Of a stretch of 64,000 bases of DNA, positions 61,936 through 64,000 are shown piece by piece; positions within the stretch are counted from its first letter, which is position 1, and each line of letters begins with the position of its first letter. Where the stretch lies: contig NC_043001.1 in assembly GCF_006345805.1 (NCBI RefSeq), positions 26,598,001-26,662,000 of the forward strand, written 5' to 3'. The DNA comes from Octopus sinensis (lineage: Eukaryota). The notes under the pieces were generated by a model that saw nothing but the letters and a program-made list of their open reading frames with translations, was not told the origin of the DNA and did not search any database. The position numbers and the translations under genes are program-made.

Positions 61936-63526
61936 TTTATTTGCTTATCTGAAAAAAAAAAAAATCTCACACCTGGATATTTTAGAATAATCGCAAAATG
62001 AAATAGGTAGAAATTCATCGACGATTTGTCTGAAATCACGTCAGCATACATTTGTCAAGGCCAAGAACTTGATATGTATGTTAAAAAAACAAACAAAAAA
62101 AAAGGAAAAAAAAAAAAAAAAAAGGAAATTTAAGTATGTAAAAAGATACTTCCTCTCCCAACGTTAAAAATTAGACCAAATTTCTCTTTTCAAAACCAAG
62201 GGATGAATAGGATAAAAGCAAATCACCAGTGAGGAATGTATAATCAAAATGACAAACGCCCTTGTTAAAACAGTATATTCTAAATCCTCAAGATAAAGAA
62301 TGAGAAATAATTATAAATAGAACCGGCAGCAGAAAGATGAATTACAAAAGGTTGTTTTAAAATGAGGCTTCTCTTCAAGTCAAAATTTATTTGTTAAAAA
62401 AATCAATGTTCCTCTTGTACATCAATGTTCCTAAAATGACCAAAAAATAAAAATATATACAATGTTCTATAATCAGAACCACTCTCCCAATTTTTCATTA
62501 CAATCATGACAGTTACATAGATGATATTTAGAACATAATGAAAATGTGTGCATGGACATTTCTTTAATATTCAGCACACAAGTTCATCTTTGTAAGTCTT
62601 AATTGAAGAAAATGCATTTGTGAATGAATAAAAAACTTTTACACACATGCCCGCATAATCAGTCTACAAATGAAAGTTCATGAATAATGTATTATTTTAG
62701 AGGAATGAAATAGTGCAATACAATGAAAAGCACACTCAGACAGACACAAAAATATGTAAAATATTTTTAGAGAAAAATATTTCTATATTTGCTTCTAATT
62801 TGAACGATACCAGCACTCGCAGTGGAGAGCACTGCAACTTTACTCTCTAAATACCTTGCAATGCTGTCCACTGTATCGATGTAGTCCCGAGTGTTTATAA
62901 CTAGTGCTCTTTTCCAATGAATCTTCATAAACACAAGACAAATGTGCATGTAAGAAGCCGAAGTTAATGACACATTTGCAGCAGATAAAGAGAACCAGGC
63001 AAGAACTCAATGGACACCATACCTATATATACATACATTATAATAACAAAGTTACCAAATGCAGTTCTAAGCTAACTTACATGAAATGCAGGTACCAAGT
63101 TTTGCACTGTAATAGAGTGCAAGAGCCATTTAGCACTATACTACAGTTATAGTAACAAACTTGAATATACCTGATTGAATAATTTTGATTCAAATAAAGA
63201 CACTTCAGAAAATTTGTTGCCAAAACACCAAATTAGCTGAAGTCAAATAAATAAATAAATGTTGTACTCTAAGAATTTCTACATGTATATAGAAACAAAA
63301 GAAAAAGGGAAAATGAAATGGGTTAAAAAAAAAAAAAAGGCGTCCTATTGATGATCAAGTCTGCCTATTCATTCACTGTGGATTACAACTGCCAGTATCA
63401 TTTAAGGTTACACAAACAAAAATTAAGAGGAACAATGATTAAGAATATATATATATATATATGTAAAAAAAAACTGAAAAAAAACCCAACAAAACCCAGG
63501 TTTAGAATAATAAAACCACTTCCAAC
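61936..63526 (-). other. Probable MAT 3'UTR
   Basis: TE-free AT-rich stretch after the stop codon. Minus-strand AATAAA at 62386-62391 and 61936-61941. True end unknown. Confidence 0.5.
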
Positions 63527-63629
63527 TTAATACTTTAGCTTTTTTGGGATTTCCCATTGAAACTCGGGTCTTCCAAAGTGCCCATAACACGCCGTCTTTT
63601 GGTAGACTGGACGACGTAAGTCGAGCTCT
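63527..63629 (-). CDS. MAT2A: S-adenosylmethionine synthase last exon ((R)[33 protein letters not shown])
   Basis: Acceptor ttttcttttcag. Canonical MAT C-terminal YxxTAxYGHFGR motif, ending PKKLKY-stop. Confidence 0.97.
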
Positions 63630-63756
63630 CTGAAAAGAAAAAAAAACAGAAAATGTTGAAAATAGCTGAATACAAGAAAAAAAAACAACAAAACAAAACA
63701 AATAAAACTGAAAAATAAAACAAAGGAATAAAAAGAAATTAAAAAAAAACACTTAC

Positions 63757-63890
63757 CTTACGATCTTGCCAGGTCTCAGATCAAAATTCTCATTGACAAT
63801 ATCCAGCAATTCTTTCTCAGTTTTTTTAGATGTACCGTAACTAAAAACACTGATGGATAGTGGCCTAGCAATTCCAATGGCATAGGAAAT
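63757..63890 (-). CDS. MAT2A: S-adenosylmethionine synthase penultimate exon ([44 protein letters not shown])
   Basis: Acceptor ttgccttcag, donor AG|gtaagt, 134 nt. SYAIG and NFDLRPG motifs. MAT2A-like label only; orthology not tested. Confidence 0.97.
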
Positions 63891-64000
63891 CTGAAGGCAA
63901 AAGATACATAACAGCAATTATAATAAAATTCAGTATCCTTGTTTAACCATTTAGCATTCAGATTACTGTCAAATGTAATGCTGATCTAATATATAAATCC

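Noticed and set aside
61936-63526. Vertebrate-type METTL16 hairpins (TACAGAGAA) in the MAT 3'UTR
   Set aside because: A by-eye scan for TT[CT]TCTGTA on the plus strand found none; a regex search should confirm.
63423-63752. 109-aa and 62-aa minus-strand ORFs in the track over the MAT end
   Set aside because: Wrong frames running through the intron; the true MAT frame appears only after splicing.

Overview
AT-rich, repeat-dense eukaryotic DNA. The SINE and LINE repertoire looks cephalopod (Octopus-like); that is an inference from repeat motifs, not a database match. Two spliced minus-strand genes can be rebuilt from splice sites, and the ORF track does not resolve either. (1) The first five coding exons of an HGSNAT-like lysosomal acetyltransferase: 36497-36458, 15463-15306, 10773-10661, 7358-7252, 1087-1021; the gene runs off the window start. 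(2) The last two exons of S-adenosylmethionine synthase (MAT): 63890-63757 and 63629-63527; its 5' part lies beyond 64000. The rest is intron or intergenic DNA packed with tRNA-derived SINEs, two RTE-type LINE families, CR1, Tx1 and Gypsy relics, piggyBac, hAT and Merlin-type MITEs, Helitrons and local duplications. Most notable: a foldback carrying degenerate minimal hammerhead-ribozyme motifs; two TSD-flanked 5'-inverted (twin-priming-like) RTE-type LINE copies; an RTE LINE with a PHD finger inside its RT and a higher-order minisatellite 3'UTR; an inverted duplication covering a candidate poison exon in HGSNAT intron 1; and a MAT terminal intron at the position regulated by METTL16 in vertebrates, but with no recognisable hairpin nonamer. 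TE boundaries are approximate unless TSDs or TIRs are quoted. There is no CRISPR array, rRNA or true tRNA gene.
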